Positions 28,430 through 42,120 are shown, counted from the first letter of the stretch. The stretch is 64,000 nucleotides of DNA from Tubulanus polymorphus (GCF_964204645.1 NC_134032.1:4612175-4676174); one strand, 5' to 3'. The notes: generated by a model from the letters alone, not told the origin. Program-made: numbers and translations.

Positions 28430-29060
28430 ACGCGCAAAAACAAATATGACCGCGCAAAAACAAATATTACCGCGCAAAAACCAACTTTTAACGCGCAAAA
28501 ACGAAATAATCCGTTTTTGCGCGCTAAATCTTTGTTTTTGCGCGCGCGCAAAAACAAATATTACCGCGCAAAAACAAACTTTTAACGCGCAAAAACGAAA
28601 TAATCCGTTTTTGCGCGCTAAATCTTTGTTTTTGCGCGCGCGCAAAAACGAATATTTGTTTTTGCGCCCGCGCAAAAACGAAAGTTTGTTTTTGCGCGCG
28701 CGCAAAAACAAATATTACCGCGGAAAAACAAACTTTTAACGCGCAAAAACGAAATAATCCGTTTTTGCGCGCTAAATCTTTGTTTTTGCGCGCGCGCAAA
28801 AACAAATATTACCGCGCAAAAACAAACTTTTAACGCGCAAAAACGAAATAATCCGTTTTTGCGCGCTAAATCTTTGTTTTTGCGCGCGCGCAAAAACGAA
28901 TATTTGTTTTTGCGCCCGCGCAAAAACAAATATTACCGCGCAAAAACAAACTTTTAACGCGCAAAAACGAAATAATCCGTTTTTGCGCGCTAAATCTTTG
29001 TTTTTGCGCGCGCGCAAAAACGAATATTTGTTTTTGCGCGCGCGCAAAAACGAAAGTTTG
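28430..29060. repeat. Left subterminal palindromic repeat array (TTTTTGCGCGCGCGCAAAAA units)
   Basis: Seen directly; the inverted counterpart is at 41995-42460. Confidence 0.95.
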
Positions 29061-29145
29061 AAAGTCTCACAGCGTAGCCTGATATAGTTTTGATGTATGC
29101 GCACTTGGACATCGTCAGAGGATAGTCGTAGACTTGTTGTGGACA

Positions 29146-32067
29146 ATGATGGATGATTTTATTAGAAGCCTTTTTATGAGTGGACATCAATACTCCGATA
29201 TTGTTAATCTAATCTACCTTGATTGTGGTCGAACAATGAGGTAAGTTATAATTTCCATATACACGTAAGAATCAATCACAGTATTGAACGGAACGGCGCT
29301 ATTGCATGTTTGTCTACCACCCCATCACGACCTAATACAAATTAATGTGGATTGTTGTGACTCCATGGTTGTATGGACAGGGGTTTCACTGTTGCCTAGG
29401 CCTCATACCCGACAGCTTTTTCACGGTCATATAGTGTAACTTTTATCAAGTGATAGCATCATAGGTGCGCACGAGGGGGTTATTGCAGTTTTCGCTTATT
29501 GTTTCATGGATTACATGTTAATTTTTAAAACTAAGAGTAGTTTATCATTCGATCACTCACTCATGACAACATTCATATATTTCTCAATGTTTCAGTGTGC
29601 GTCAATTAAAGCGCCATCTGAAAAGAATGGGCTTGAAGAGGAATAAAAATTATAGTTTTGAAGACGTCGTTCATGCAGTTTCGGTAAAGATTCTTACACA
29701 ATTTCTTCTTTACCGCCTTCTTTTCTTCTGATAATATATTTGAGAAACAATGGATTTTACGCACTAAACCTCCTGCCAAGAACTTGAAATCAAAATTAAT
29801 CGAGAAATCAAAATAGAATCGAACACAAAATGCAGTATGAATATAATCAAAGTAAAATAAAGAGGAGAAAATTCATTGAACTAGTAATTATCTCATTATC
29901 ATTCGATATTTTAGAGTGAATTGAGTGGCAGCGGCTCTTGTTTAGGTTATAGGAGCATGACGGACAGGCTGCGTCATCGATATGGTATCAAAACTCCGAG
30001 GTGAGTTTTCCGGAGGCGTAGAGGTCTGTCGTCCTAGAATATATAGGCCTACATGAAATCTTGGTCGATATGTACCCTTATCGAGAATGCATATATTCTA
30101 TTTTCAAGGAGTCTGGTAGCTAGGGTTCTTCGGGAACTAGATGAGGAAGGAGTTGCAGATCGTTCGAATGGAGTTTTGAGACGTCGTCGATATTCGAACA
30201 AAGGACCCAATTACCTTATACATGTTGATGGATACGATAAACTAAAGCCTTATGGGTTTTGTATTCACGGGGCTATGGATGGGTAAGAAATTATAGATTT
30301 CACTGATTCAAGATTTATCAGCACTGAACGGTGGCCCGACACCGCCCGGGCTCTTCGTCCGTTAGGACAAGTTACGGTGGATGTTATATATAACATTGTA
30401 ACCACCTGTTTGTTTCTATTGTTCAGATTTGTTTGTTTTTTTAATCTCTGTGTTTTATTTTATTGACATATCTGTCTCATGTAATATCTGTAAGTATAAG
30501 GACGCAATAAATTTGGAATTGAATTGAATTGAATTGGTGGGATTCGAACCCATCCTAATTTAAATCCTCGAGCAATGACAGAAGTAACCTCTCACAGTTC
30601 TATCAAAACTAAAGTAAACTTAAGTTTCTGCTATAGGCCTATTTTCTAAGATTTTGGGTAGTAGACACAAACTATTACTGTGGTATATGAACGGTCACAA
30701 TGACAAGCTAGGATGGAAACAAGAATATATGCCACAGACCACAATTCAGGGGGCATTTTCATATATTTTTAGGTTTTCAAGGAGAATCCTGTGGTTGAAG
30801 GTTGCCAGTACGAATAATGATCCATCGGTCATTGGGTATTACTTCACTGATTACATCAAACAAATTGCAGGTTAGAGAAAATGATGTTATTTTCCGTTAA
30901 ATTTAGATGTAAGTAAGTAACGGCACCGTACGAATATACAATAATAGGCCTACAGTATATTTATCACCAAAAAAATCACTAACTTCTATGACAAAAATCG
31001 ATTACAAGCTTTGACATACAATATTTTAGTGGTATGAACCATCCATTGATCTTCTGCAGGTGTCCCTCGGTGCATACGAATCGACGCCGGAACTGAAAAT
31101 GTTCTACTCTGTGAAATACAGCGATCCTTTCGGGCCGATGACAATGACGACATGGCTGGAGATATGAGCGTCTTGATCGGTAAATCAACCAGCAACCAGG
31201 TGTGCAATGTATAACCTTGGCTAAATTTGTTTGGAAGCGGATTTTGAAGATGGCAATGCGGTATATCAAATAAATATTTCAAAATTGTGTAATATATTTT
31301 TTCAGAGGATCGAACGATTTTGGCGAACACTACGAAACTCCGTTGGCCAATTCTGGATGAATATGTTTAAGGACATGAGTGACACTGGCATTTTTTCCAA
31401 TGCAGATGCTGTTCATGTGTAGGTTGACTTCTGTCTTAGATTCAATTTTTGTGGAATTTTGTTATATTAGGATGAATATAAAGTAATATGGAAACAATCT
31501 TTTTTCTTTTAGTGAAACGATACGATTTTGTTTCCACCAACTTATAGAACAAGATCTTGAAGACTTCCGCAATGAATGGAATAGTCACAGAATAAGGCGT
31601 CAAAGAAATTGTGATGTACCATGTTCTAAACCGGATCTTTTATATTTTGCACCAGAATTATTTGGTATGTACACAAGACAGCCCATACGTACAAAATGTG
31701 AAATCTTAAAGTCAGATGATGAGATTGGAATTGAAATGTTACTATATAGCATGATTATCCAAAAATTGCATCTAGCGTAACGAGGCCTGTGTACTGTACA
31801 GCAGCTTACAGATATTTTGTGATAACAATTACTTTTGTTTTGAATTTCAATTCCATTTTAGGTACTACTGATCATAAAATTGAAATCAATTATGAAGACG
31901 TCATCGATGTTCAAGCTGAATTCTGCAAACAGCCAAACGATCGTGGTAGCAGTGAACCTGACTTTCCAACAATGTGTGACAATATCATGGCTGTTAATGG
32001 ATTTTCACTGCCGCAGTCTGCTGATGAAGCCTACGATTTGTACATTCAACTATTGGGCCAATTTTAA
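29146..32067 (+). CDS. Spliced (~9 exons) IS3EU integrase-like DDE transposase
   Basis: GT-AG exons encode MMDDFIR.., VRQLKRHL.., GSCLGYRSM.., RRRYSNKGPNYLIHVDGYDKLKPYGFCIHGAMDG, FSRRILWL, PRCIRIDAGTEN, GKSTSNQ/RIERFW and WNSHRIR. Confidence 0.88.
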
Positions 32068-34006
32068 TTTTTAAAACGACACCCTTCATATCGCCAAGAT
32101 TGAAAACACAAGCTTTCTTTTGCATTGTACATGTAGTCTTTACTTATTTCCAACAAATAGAATGTATGCTGTAATACAAATTAAAGTATGCCATAATTTT
32201 TAATACACGTAATCATTTTTCATTCTTCATGAAACTAGTGGAAGCATTATGTGGTCATTTAACAACATTCATAACAAGATTCATTACGAGTGAGCCAAGT
32301 CAGAATAAACCTCGAAATACTTTTTAACCCACTTATTAGCCCATTGTTCTATAAAGAAATAGCTGTGTTGTGACCTTTTGGAACAAAAAGGTCACAACAC
32401 AGTTATCTCATTTTAGGATTCTCCTGCATCGTTTGTTATATGATATAACATTAAACTTTGATTTAACCATTTTTTGGATCGGGTAGTTTTGAATGGTTTT
32501 TTGAGAAAAAATCAACACGTCTTTGCTCTCGATTTTTAATAATTGTTGGTACTGTCATAGGACATCTCACATCGAATTGGGTTCACCCAGTGTATCTGTC
32601 TTACCACCAGGAGAGTTGATTATCCCAGGACACTTCTGTAGTATGAGGTAAAAGCAACGAAAGAAATACACGACGTATCAGAAGATTTACGAGTACAACG
32701 ACTTATAAGTGTATCATGTTATCCTTTATTTGCCCAATAATATACACTAAACTACTTGACAAGTTTATGTTCTGCTATCTACAGATACAAGAGAACATTA
32801 TGTCAGTGTCTTACATGCATTCACGCATCAGATATATATTGACAAATCCTGACAATACGGATTAAGCGGGAAGTGCTTTGAAGTGCTCGACAATCTAACA
32901 ATTTCAAACATGTTGATATCTTTCTCAAAAAAGGTCACATGACGGCCAGGATTGCGTAAAAATTTGATTTAATATATGAATGGATCAACTAGTACAATAA
33001 TTTAGTGAAATAGATAACGGTTTTTGAGTCCATATGGCGAAATCCGACAGACTACAATTGCTGACTATAACTTTTTTCACTCCCTTCAGGCCCCTGTCAA
33101 AAATTTACTGTTTGTATGATGTTCTATCCATGTATTTATCCAGGAATTATTCTATCCAGGAATTATTAATTGATGTCGAAATATATCTACAAATAGCTCT
33201 AATACTCCATTTTGTATAACCTCCCAAAAAGACCGCCATTTTCTTTTTCAAATGAAGATAGACTGACCGAATGACTGAGAAAAATTATATTGATTCAGCA
33301 AATTTTTACAAAATCCTTGTTTAGGTTAATTCTTTTAAATGAAATGCAAATTATCACTATTATGAACTTGTATCATGCAGATTGAAGAGCAGTTCCTTGA
33401 TTGTTCAATGCATTATTATTAAATTTGATTGCTTGTAAATTCTCCGGACGAACGAAAAGTGAACGCAATAGCTGAATAGCTCCCAAGTGAGCTAAAAACA
33501 ATACATGTAATCCGATTTAACTACGCATCTGTGAAAGTATGGCTAGCTCCTATAACTGCAAAGTCCATGTAACTTTTGAATTGTTCATATGTTGTATGTA
33601 CAGGAATAGATAGTACGTTGCAACACGTATTCGCCGTTGGAAAGTTCTTCGTCGCATCACTGATATCATCAGGGTGACGAAATTGGAGTTGAAGAGGTGG
33701 ATCAAATCCGAGAATGGGAACCTGTTCCAAACCGGTGACAAACCGGAGAAAGTCAATCATTTGATCTCCTAACAGAAAAGAATATAACAAGAATACAACA
33801 TTTCCTCATTTTCATTTATAAATTTGGGTGTTTTAGTACGATATACCTTCAATGTCTGTCAGGTATTCTCGAAACCATCCATACGATTTGTTTTCTAGAA
33901 GAGGAGGAGTCTAGAAGAGGAGTTAGTTTGTATCATCTCTGATTACTTGAATTAGTCTCTTTGTCTCTGGATTGTATATATATCTCATAATTTCTGTAGT
34001 ATCTCA

Positions 34007-34052
34007 TTATTCCTGAAGATGACTATTAGGATATAGTCGAAACGTTGAATAA
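34007..34052 (+). ncRNA. Minimal type I hammerhead ribozyme (left pseudo-LTR)
   Basis: Helix I TTATTC/GAATAA, core CTGAAGA, helix II GACTAT/ATAGTC, GAAA, and a palindromic ACGT helix III. Confidence 0.8.
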
Positions 34053-36555
34053 ACTACTATCTCGAAGTTTTCATTTTCGGACTTTTTATTATCATTGTGG
34101 GATTCTCTCCTCATCGCGTCAACACGGATATTGTGTTCTACCTATCGTGATCATGCTACCCACGGATCGAAATATCGTATTAAAATTCTTCTTCTTCACG
34201 TTCCCGTACCTCGTCGCTAGCTTCCGAAATTATGAGAAATGCTATATCAAATCCAGGACTGCTAAAAGTAAAGTCAAGTTCCTTCAGGAGTGTTATGCTG
34301 AAAAAGTGGTTCCGCGATCACTTTCTTGGATTTGGAAATACGACTCCAGCTCTGCGTTTCCACCCGAAGCTAACAAGCAACTCAAATTCGCTATAGATCG
34401 TGCTAAGGAAGACTGTAACTATCAGTTCTACAAATTCCGTCAATCTCAAAATTATTTGAAGTCACACGTACCGGACCTATTCCTCTGGAAATCGCTCTCC
34501 ACTATTGTTCAAGGCTCTGGAAAATATCATCAGCACAGAAAGTCCGTGGATCTTACCAACCAACTGAATAAACTCATTGATTCCAGCCCTTGGACTAGAT
34601 TTAGCAACACCGAAAACATAGTAAATTTGTCTTCAACCACGTTATCTTCTACTCAGTGTCAACTTCTCGGCTACGGTTTGAATTTTTCTCTTCCTCATCA
34701 AGATAAACATGTTTTAGACTTTGTCACCCAATTGGAATATCGCAAATCATCTCCGAACAGTTTGGACTATAACTTTATATTCATGAATCTACAGGCTATA
34801 TGCGATCAACTCAACAGGAACCTTTTTGAATATCTACCTCGTCGATTTCGGCTCGCCCTCCAAGAACTACGGAAGTTAAAGACTATTAAAATATCTAAGG
34901 CTGATAAAGGTGGCAAGATTGTGATTTTAGATCTGGATAATTATAATGTTAAAATGCAATCTCTCTTGGATAATCCTGGTGTTTATAAGAAACTTAAATC
35001 GAATCCTCTTCCCCGTATGCAAGCTAATTTCAACAGAAGTCTTTTGGATATTATAAAACGTTTCCCCTCCGCTAAAGAAACTCTGAATAAGTTCCATTCA
35101 CGTCTTCCCTCTTTACCATATATCTATGGATTGCCTAAAATTCATAAAGATAATGTTCCACTGCGCCCTATAGTCTCCAATTGTAATTCTCCTACATACC
35201 GGTTATCTAAATTTCTCGCGAAACAGTTATCTCCGGTGCTCGGTTCGTTCTCTCCGTCGCACCTTCGCCATAATCAACACTTACTTGAACGTATTAAGAA
35301 TATTATCCCTGGCAACGACAAATTTATATCATTTGATGTTACTTCCCTTTTTACCAATGTTCCTCTTGGACCTACTCTTGATTTCTTAAAACGCAGATTA
35401 CCATCACTTAACATTAACTTCGGCATTCCTACGGATTGTATCATCGACCTTATCTCTATTTGTACGACGGACTCCTTTTTTGAATTCAACAATTGTTTTT
35501 ACGAACAGACATTCGGTATCGCTATGGGAAATCCTCTAAGTCCTATTCTAGCTAATTTATTCCTAGAACATGTTGAATCTGAAATATTGCCTCTTTACAC
35601 TGATATTCACCCTAAAATCTGGCTCAGATATGTTGACGATGTTCTGGCTTTGGTTCCCTTTGACTTCAATGTTGATAACTTTCTTATATATTTAAACTCC
35701 CTTTACCCGTCTCTGGCTTTTACGTATGAATGGGAATCTAATAGTAAAATACCTTTTCTGGATGTTTTGATTTTTAACTGTGGATCCTTTTTGAAATTCG
35801 CGGTTTATAGGAAACCTACCAACGCTGAATCTTACCTCCATTACTTCTCTTTTACTTCTCCGGATATTAAACTCGGTTTAGCTCAAGGATTATTTCTTCG
35901 CGCTTTGAGAATTTGCGACCCCTCATTTCTACCCGATGAAATTCACCATATTAACCAATCTCTCAAAAAACTTGCCTACCCCGATTTCCTATTGAAAAAA
36001 GCTCTACTTAAAGCTCGTACTACGCATTTTAGAAATAACAACCTTAGAACTCCTACGTTGGCTACCGATAAACAGCCTATCATTGTACCGTATGTACCTT
36101 TCCTCGAGAATTCTAAAGTTTCTCTTCGGTCACTAAATAAACAACTCATCTTTAAATACAATAATAAACTTAGTAACATATTGATTAACAACAAACCGAA
36201 AACCGAATCCCTAAACTGTGGAATTTATAAAATACCTTGTAAAGTTTGCGACAAAGTATATATAGGAGAAACAGGTCGGAATCTTAATCAACGCATAAAA
36301 GAGCATAAATTAGATGTAAAAAACTTTAAACCTGAAAGCGGAGTTGCTAGTCATGTTTTTCAGACTTCACACAATTTTGATTTTGCTAATGCTGAATTAG
36401 TTTACCCTTGCAGCGATAAAACTAGAAGACATATTTTGGAATCTGCATTAATTATTGAAAATTCGAACAACGTTGTAAACCTTAATAATGGTTTTTCACC
36501 CCATAATAAACTTATATCAAAATTCCTCTGTAAACTGGTTAAACTCAACACTTGA
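34045..36555 (+). CDS. Penelope reverse transcriptase-GIY-YIG endonuclease
   Basis: KADKG, YGLPKIHK, SFDVTSLFTNVP, GIAMGNPLSP, RYVDD, GIYKIPC..C..YIGETGR and RIKEH. Intact 836 aa. Confidence 0.96.
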   Translation: MNKLLSRSFHFRTFYYHCGILSSSRQHGYCVLPIVIMLPTDRNIVLKFFFFTFPYLVASFRNYEKCYIKSRTAKSKVKFLQECYAEKVVPRSLSWIWKYDSSSAFPPEANKQLKFAIDRAKEDCNYQFYKFRQSQNYLKSHVPDLFLWKSLSTIVQGSGKYHQHRKSVDLTNQLNKLIDSSPWTRFSNTENIVNLSSTTLSSTQCQLLGYGLNFSLPHQDKHVLDFVTQLEYRKSSPNSLDYNFIFMNLQAICDQLNRNLFEYLPRRFRLALQELRKLKTIKISKADKGGKIVILDLDNYNVKMQSLLDNPGVYKKLKSNPLPRMQANFNRSLLDIIKRFPSAKETLNKFHSRLPSLPYIYGLPKIHKDNVPLRPIVSNCNSPTYRLSKFLAKQLSPVLGSFSPSHLRHNQHLLERIKNIIPGNDKFISFDVTSLFTNVPLGPTLDFLKRRLPSLNINFGIPTDCIIDLISICTTDSFFEFNNCFYEQTFGIAMGNPLSPILANLFLEHVESEILPLYTDIHPKIWLRYVDDVLALVPFDFNVDNFLIYLNSLYPSLAFTYEWESNSKIPFLDVLIFNCGSFLKFAVYRKPTNAESYLHYFSFTSPDIKLGLAQGLFLRALRICDPSFLPDEIHHINQSLKKLAYPDFLLKKALLKARTTHFRNNNLRTPTLATDKQPIIVPYVPFLENSKVSLRSLNKQLIFKYNNKLSNILINNKPKTESLNCGIYKIPCKVCDKVYIGETGRNLNQRIKEHKLDVKNFKPESGVASHVFQTSHNFDFANAELVYPCSDKTRRHILESALIIENSNNVVNLNNGFSPHNKLISKFLCKLVKLNT

Positions 36556-36864
36556 TTTCCCCTTTGATTATTTGTTATTTGTTCTCTCATCAATTTCGTC
36601 TCTGACTTAACTTGTATTCACCTTTGTTTTAATTTAAGTGCCCCTTAGTTTGTCTTTCTTTTTATTACTGACTTTAAGTTTCATTTATATTTATACTCAC
36701 TATTGTTGTTTATAATCACCTCTTAGTTTGCTTCCCTTTAATCTATTTTAGCGTGTAACTGTTTCTACGTTAATTTTCCTTTAGTTTGTATCATCTCTGA
36801 TTACTTGAATTAGTCTCTTTGTCTCTGGATTGTATATATATCTCATAATTTCTGTAGTATCTCA

Positions 36865-36910
36865 TTATTCCTGAAGATGACTATTAGGATATAGTCGAAA
36901 CGTTGAATAA
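36865..36910 (+). ncRNA. Minimal type I hammerhead ribozyme (right pseudo-LTR)
   Basis: Identical to the copy at 34007-34052. Confidence 0.8.
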
Positions 36911-39456
36911 ACTACTATCTCGAAGTTTTCATTTTCGGACTTTTTATTATCATTGTGGGATTCTCTCCTCATCGCGTCAACACGGATATTGTGTTCTACC
37001 TATCGTGATTGTTTTCTAGAAGTCGACGGTTTGTACCAATTTCGTTCCACAGAATATTATCAAAACTAAATGCCGATAAAACATCCTCTGCCGTAAAAAT
37101 TCTGTTTGCACCGGCACAGAACACATCTCTCAATAGATGTGGATATGCACCTACATAAAACAGGAGTCCATTTTCTTCCAATCCACTCTTAAACCTGCAA
37201 TGACATTAGAAATGTTTGATTTGAATTAGCCATTCGATATTTCGATAGATGACCTTTTATGTAGCGCTTCAAATACAATGAGATATTACTTAAGCAAGGA
37301 CGAGTGTCCATAAAACCCACAAGACATTCATTGAATTAAAGATACAGCCAATGGACACTTACTGTCTTAATGCTTCGCCTAAACGATGAACTGCCAGAAA
37401 TACAGATAATGTTTTGATGAGTTTGTCCTTTTTTGAGAAATGTGCATAATTTATGCACCCAGCAACCGATATAACGTTTTCATACTTTGTCACTAACCCA
37501 TCAAAATCATCTGTAGTTGTACATTCTGAAATGTATAAAAACGATATAAAGATAAACATGCAGTACAGGGGCGGAGCCAGGATTTTCAAAAATGTGTCTT
37601 TTTTCATGTATTTTGTGTTTTGAGGCACTGCTTCATCATCTCATTTATTCAAAATGTAAGCTTGTTCTTTGAGTATTCAAAAACTGAAAGAAATGATATG
37701 AAGGATATGCGGGGGGGGGGGGGCTTTGATCCGTACCTGTTGTAAACAACATTTTCAAAATAAAGGATAAAACTGTGTCAGCCATTATTCAGTGAGAAAA
37801 GCTAACATGAAGCAGAAAACCAATACTTAATGCTATTCATCTACATGTATCTTTTTCTTTCGTGTACTTATCTCTGTCAAAATATGTTTCTCTTCGCCTG
37901 CAGCATCAAACGGAACATCAGTTTCAACATTATCTAATATCATGTTATATAGGAATCCATCCATAAATGTAGGAAGAGGTCCTCTGTGAGTGATGCTGTA
38001 AGATATAACCCTTCCAGCAGCGAGGTAATGTCGACTTTGTAGAGCTAGAATGAACAAAATGATCCTGGTTTTCAGATTGTGGTATGCTATCGAACGATAT
38101 AAGCCCTACAAATGATATATTATGGAAATTTCCATGTCATAAGGTGTCCACACAATTAATTACCTGCTGCGTTTAGACTGAGGAATTTTCTATTTTCACT
38201 GCCAGTAAAAAGACTAGAGCTACTAAGCTGCCTCATGAAAATAGTCAGAAATTCTCTGGTCGGCCCCCCACCGTCAATAGCGTCTTCTCCTACAAATAAT
38301 ACACCAAGTCTCTTTCTAGGACTCCAGTTCTTTCTCAATGCAGCCCTAAACCCGATTGAGAGCACTTCCTCTCTGTCACCAACATTTATCAAGTTGACAC
38401 CATCGATATATTCATTGGGCGAAAGAGAATTCAATACATCTTTCAACGTAATTTCTTTGATGTGGTCATCGTTTATTACTATTGAAGAACCACTCTCACT
38501 GGAAAATGATTTATAGTATGTTATCTCATTCATATAAAATAGGTAAGAAAGCTCAACTGAAATCGAGCGCACTTGAAATCGCGAAAATTTGTGACATACC
38601 ATATCGAATATCACCAGTTGGTTCACTCATCACAAAATTTGAGAAAACATGCGGATCTGTGGTCTGGCGAGTAGACGATAAAAGTGTCATAGTTGAATTA
38701 CTAGCTTGAGCTGACATCTGACTTGTACAGGGTCTTGATATGAGGGGGCTGATGCGTTCTGACATGGTCTGACATGTTGATAGTAAGTTAGTTGAAGATC
38801 TACTAGTTGGTTGCCGATTCGAAAATGAAAACGATGGCAGCCTATCTTCTGCTGATTGTGCAAGCATATTTTAGGCAGACTCTTGTGGATTCTGAAGGAA
38901 TTGTGCTACTGGAAATTCTTCAGAACTCTCTGATGTATGGATATATAGTCTAACAGGATACGACGCATCCTTAACGTACTCGTTTAGACAAAATGTTCGG
39001 CCATCAGGAAACTTTCTTTCAACTATTTTGCCAGTAAAATTTGCTATAAAGACATCCAAATTGCTGAGTTTCAAATTCATAGCTTTTGAAATTCCATCTG
39101 GGAAGAAAAGTTCCACAGCCTTCTGACATAAAGTATCATAATCTGCAAATTTTTCAATGTCTAAAGAATGGTTGCCACCACCATTCGCGATACCTATAAG
39201 AGCAAAATCTGATTTTCCAGATTTTCTATGCTTCCATCCAAATTTAATTCGCGTTGTGTTTTTTGAAGCATTAGCGTTTTTTTCAGTTTTTCTGAACTTG
39301 GTCTTTTGGATGCAGGAATCTTTCCCCGCAAACGACTAATGACTGCTGATGCATTACCTAAAATGAACATATAACATGTCAGATAGGAAGATTTGATACA
39401 GACGTGGCCCACATGTTCACTAGGAAAAGGGTAGTGGCACTGCCTCACAAACAATC

Positions 39457-42120
39457 CGGCATCTTTGTCTCAGTCGATTCCGATCGCCTACAGCTACAAT
39501 TCCTAAAGCTTCAAAATCTGCATCGGTTAATGGTACCACATCTTGTAAACCTATCTAGAAATGTACGAAAAGTCAAATTAGAAATATACATCTTGTAACC
39601 TGTTTACAATCAAGGCATGTCCGACTACTCAAAATTTGCTTTGAAAGCAATCAAAGATTTAACATATATATGTAGCTTACCTTGTTATCTTTGAATACTT
39701 GTATGAAGTCTCCCAAATCCAAATCTAGAAGAACTTGGTCGATGGACTATTTAAAAAGTAAGAAGAAAAACATACCTAATAATTACAATGGCATGAGGCT
39801 GCAAGTAACTTTACGTGCCTCAGGCCAGTTCGGGAAGAATTGTATAAGACTGGTTGCCGCTTAACCATGTTACTGGCCTGAGGCAATGTCTCGTGAGCTT
39901 CCTGACTCCTGACTACGAGAGCGGGACGACCTCATAAATAAATATTTTAAGATGTGGGTTTTCATATGAAAAGTATTAGCCTCGATCAAAATGAAGAAAA
40001 AAAGTTGGGTTACCTGCCCCTTAACTCGAACCTTTCACTGCTAAATGTGTTTATCTTAAATGTAAATAGACCCGACCCCTTTCCAGAGTTCAGGCAAAGA
40101 CAGGATAGGTTTTCCCTTACTAGATAGATGGCGTATGGGTTGTCAGGCTTACATGTATTATACGTAGGCCTAAACACGCTAAAATACTTTACATCGTCTG
40201 AATTCAACAAAAGTTTATTGATTTTAGTACGGGCACGCATTGGAGGCATGCCGACCCCCAATCACCCCAAATCTCGTTGTTACAACTATCTGAGCTTGCG
40301 GAAAATAAGTTTGGCCGAATTCGAAAATATTATTATATCACCAATACTACACAAACATTACTGAGTGAATCGGCTTAGACCCGGGTACATGACCTTTATC
40401 CACTGGGAAGTGATTAAAACCGTCTAACGATCCATTGTTTAATGATATGTAAAAGTAGGCCTACACTAATGATTAATAGCCATATAACGATCAAGCAATT
40501 GAATCAAAAGTTTATATTTACATCTGTTTCTTGAGGATGATTAGCCATCTTCTTCGAGCGACCATGCAACAAGAGCGTGCTACCTCTATGAACATGGGGC
40601 ACGGCACTCTTGTACGTAATGCGATCAGGATCGATAAAAAATAATTCATTAAGCCTTTGTTGTTGCGCGCGCGCAAAAACAAACATTCGTTTTTGCGCGC
40701 GCGCAAAAACAAAGATTTAGCGCGCAAAAACGGATTATTTCGTTTTTGCGCGTTAAAAGTTTGTTTTTGCGCGGTAATATTTGTTTTCGCGGCATCTTTG
40801 TCTCAGTCGATTCCAATCGCCTACAGCTACAATTCCTAAAGCTTCAAAATCTGCATCGGTTAATGGTACCACATCTTGTAAACCTATCTAGAAATGTACG
40901 AAAAGTCAAATTAGAAATATACATCTTGTAACCTGTTTACAATCAAGGCATGTCCGACTACTCAAAATTTGCTTTGAAAGCAATCAAAGATTTAACATAT
41001 ATATGTAGCCTACCTTGTTATCTTTGAATACTTGTATGAAGTCTCCCAAATCCAAATCTAGAAGAACTTGGTCGATGGACTATTTAAAAAGTAAGAAGAA
41101 AAACATACCTAATAATTACAATGGCATGAGGCTGCAAGTAACTTTACGTGCCTCAGGCCAGTTCGGGAAGAATTGTATAAGACTGGTTGCCGCTTAACCA
41201 TGTTACTGGCCTGAGGCAATGTCTCGTGAGCTTCCTGACTCCTGACTACGAGAGCGGGACGACCTCATAAATAAATATTTTAAGATGTGGGTTTTCATAT
41301 GAAAAGTATTAGCCTCGATCAAAATGAAGAAAAAAAGTTGAGTTACCTGCCCCTTAACTCGAACCTTTCACTGCTAAATGTGTTTATCTTAAATGTAAAT
41401 AGACCCGACCCCTTTCCAGAGTTCAGGCAAAGACAGGATAGGTTTTCCCTTACTAGATAGATGGCGTATGGGTTGTCAGGCTTACATGTATTATACGTAG
41501 GCCTAAACACGCTAAAATACTTTACAGCGTCTGAATTCAACAAAAGTTTATTGATTTTAGTACGGGCACGCATTGGAGGCATGCCGACCCCCAATCACCC
41601 CAAATCTCGTTGTTACAACTATCTGAGCTTGCGGAAAATAAGTTTGGCCGAATTCGAAAATATTATTATATCACCAATACTACACAAACATTACTGAGTG
41701 AATCGGCTTAGACCCGGGTACATGACCTTTATCCACTGGGAAGTGATTAAAACCGTCTAACGATCCATTGTTTAATGATATGTAAAAGTAGGCCTACACT
41801 AATGATTAATAGCCATATAACGATCAAGCAATTGAATCAAAAGTTTATATTTACATCTGTTTCTTGAGGATGATTAGCCATCTTCTTCGAGCGACCATGC
41901 AACAAGAGCGTGCTACCTCTATGAACATGGGGCACGGCACTCTTGTACGTAATGCGATCAGGATCGATAAAAAATAATTCATTAAGCCTTTGTTGTTGCG
42001 CGCGCGCAAAAACAAACATTCGTTTTTGCGCGCGCGCAAAAACAAAGATTTAGCGCGCAAAAACGGATTATTTCGTTTTTGCGCGTTAAAAGTTTGTTTT
42101 TGCGCGGTAATATTTGTTTT
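39457..42120. repeat. ~1,333-bp tandem duplication inside the IS3EU element
   Basis: 39457-40789 is repeated at 40790-42120; ORF-track peptides recur at an offset of 1333. Confidence 0.95.

Larger units (their letters stand above)
33902..37008 (+). mobile_element. Penelope-like retroelement with direct pseudo-LTRs
   Basis: ~228-bp direct repeats at 33923-34151 and 36781-37009; TSD TTGTTTTCTAGAAG at 33888-33901 and 37009-37022. Confidence 0.93.
33521..39750 (-). pseudogene. Spliced SAM-like + HECT E3 ubiquitin ligase gene carried by the transposon, disrupted by Penelope
   Basis: HECT motifs FVGEDAIDGGGPTREF, GRVISYSITHRGP and FLRFVTG...FPTANTC (catalytic Cys). SAM-like exons LLDLDLGDFIQVFKDNK / LTDADFEALGIVAVGDRNRL. 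The exon ..NRRLLEN|KSYGWFREYL is split by the insertion. Confidence 0.82.

Noticed and set aside
28274-29190. Overlapping RARKNK/FLRA ORFs (also 41837-42642)
   Set aside because: They are translations of stop-poor palindromic subterminal repeats.
30381-30540. Intronic insert ending in AATAAA and (GAATT)n, flanked by GGTGG
   Set aside because: Probably the 3' tail of a truncated LINE/SINE, but too short to classify.
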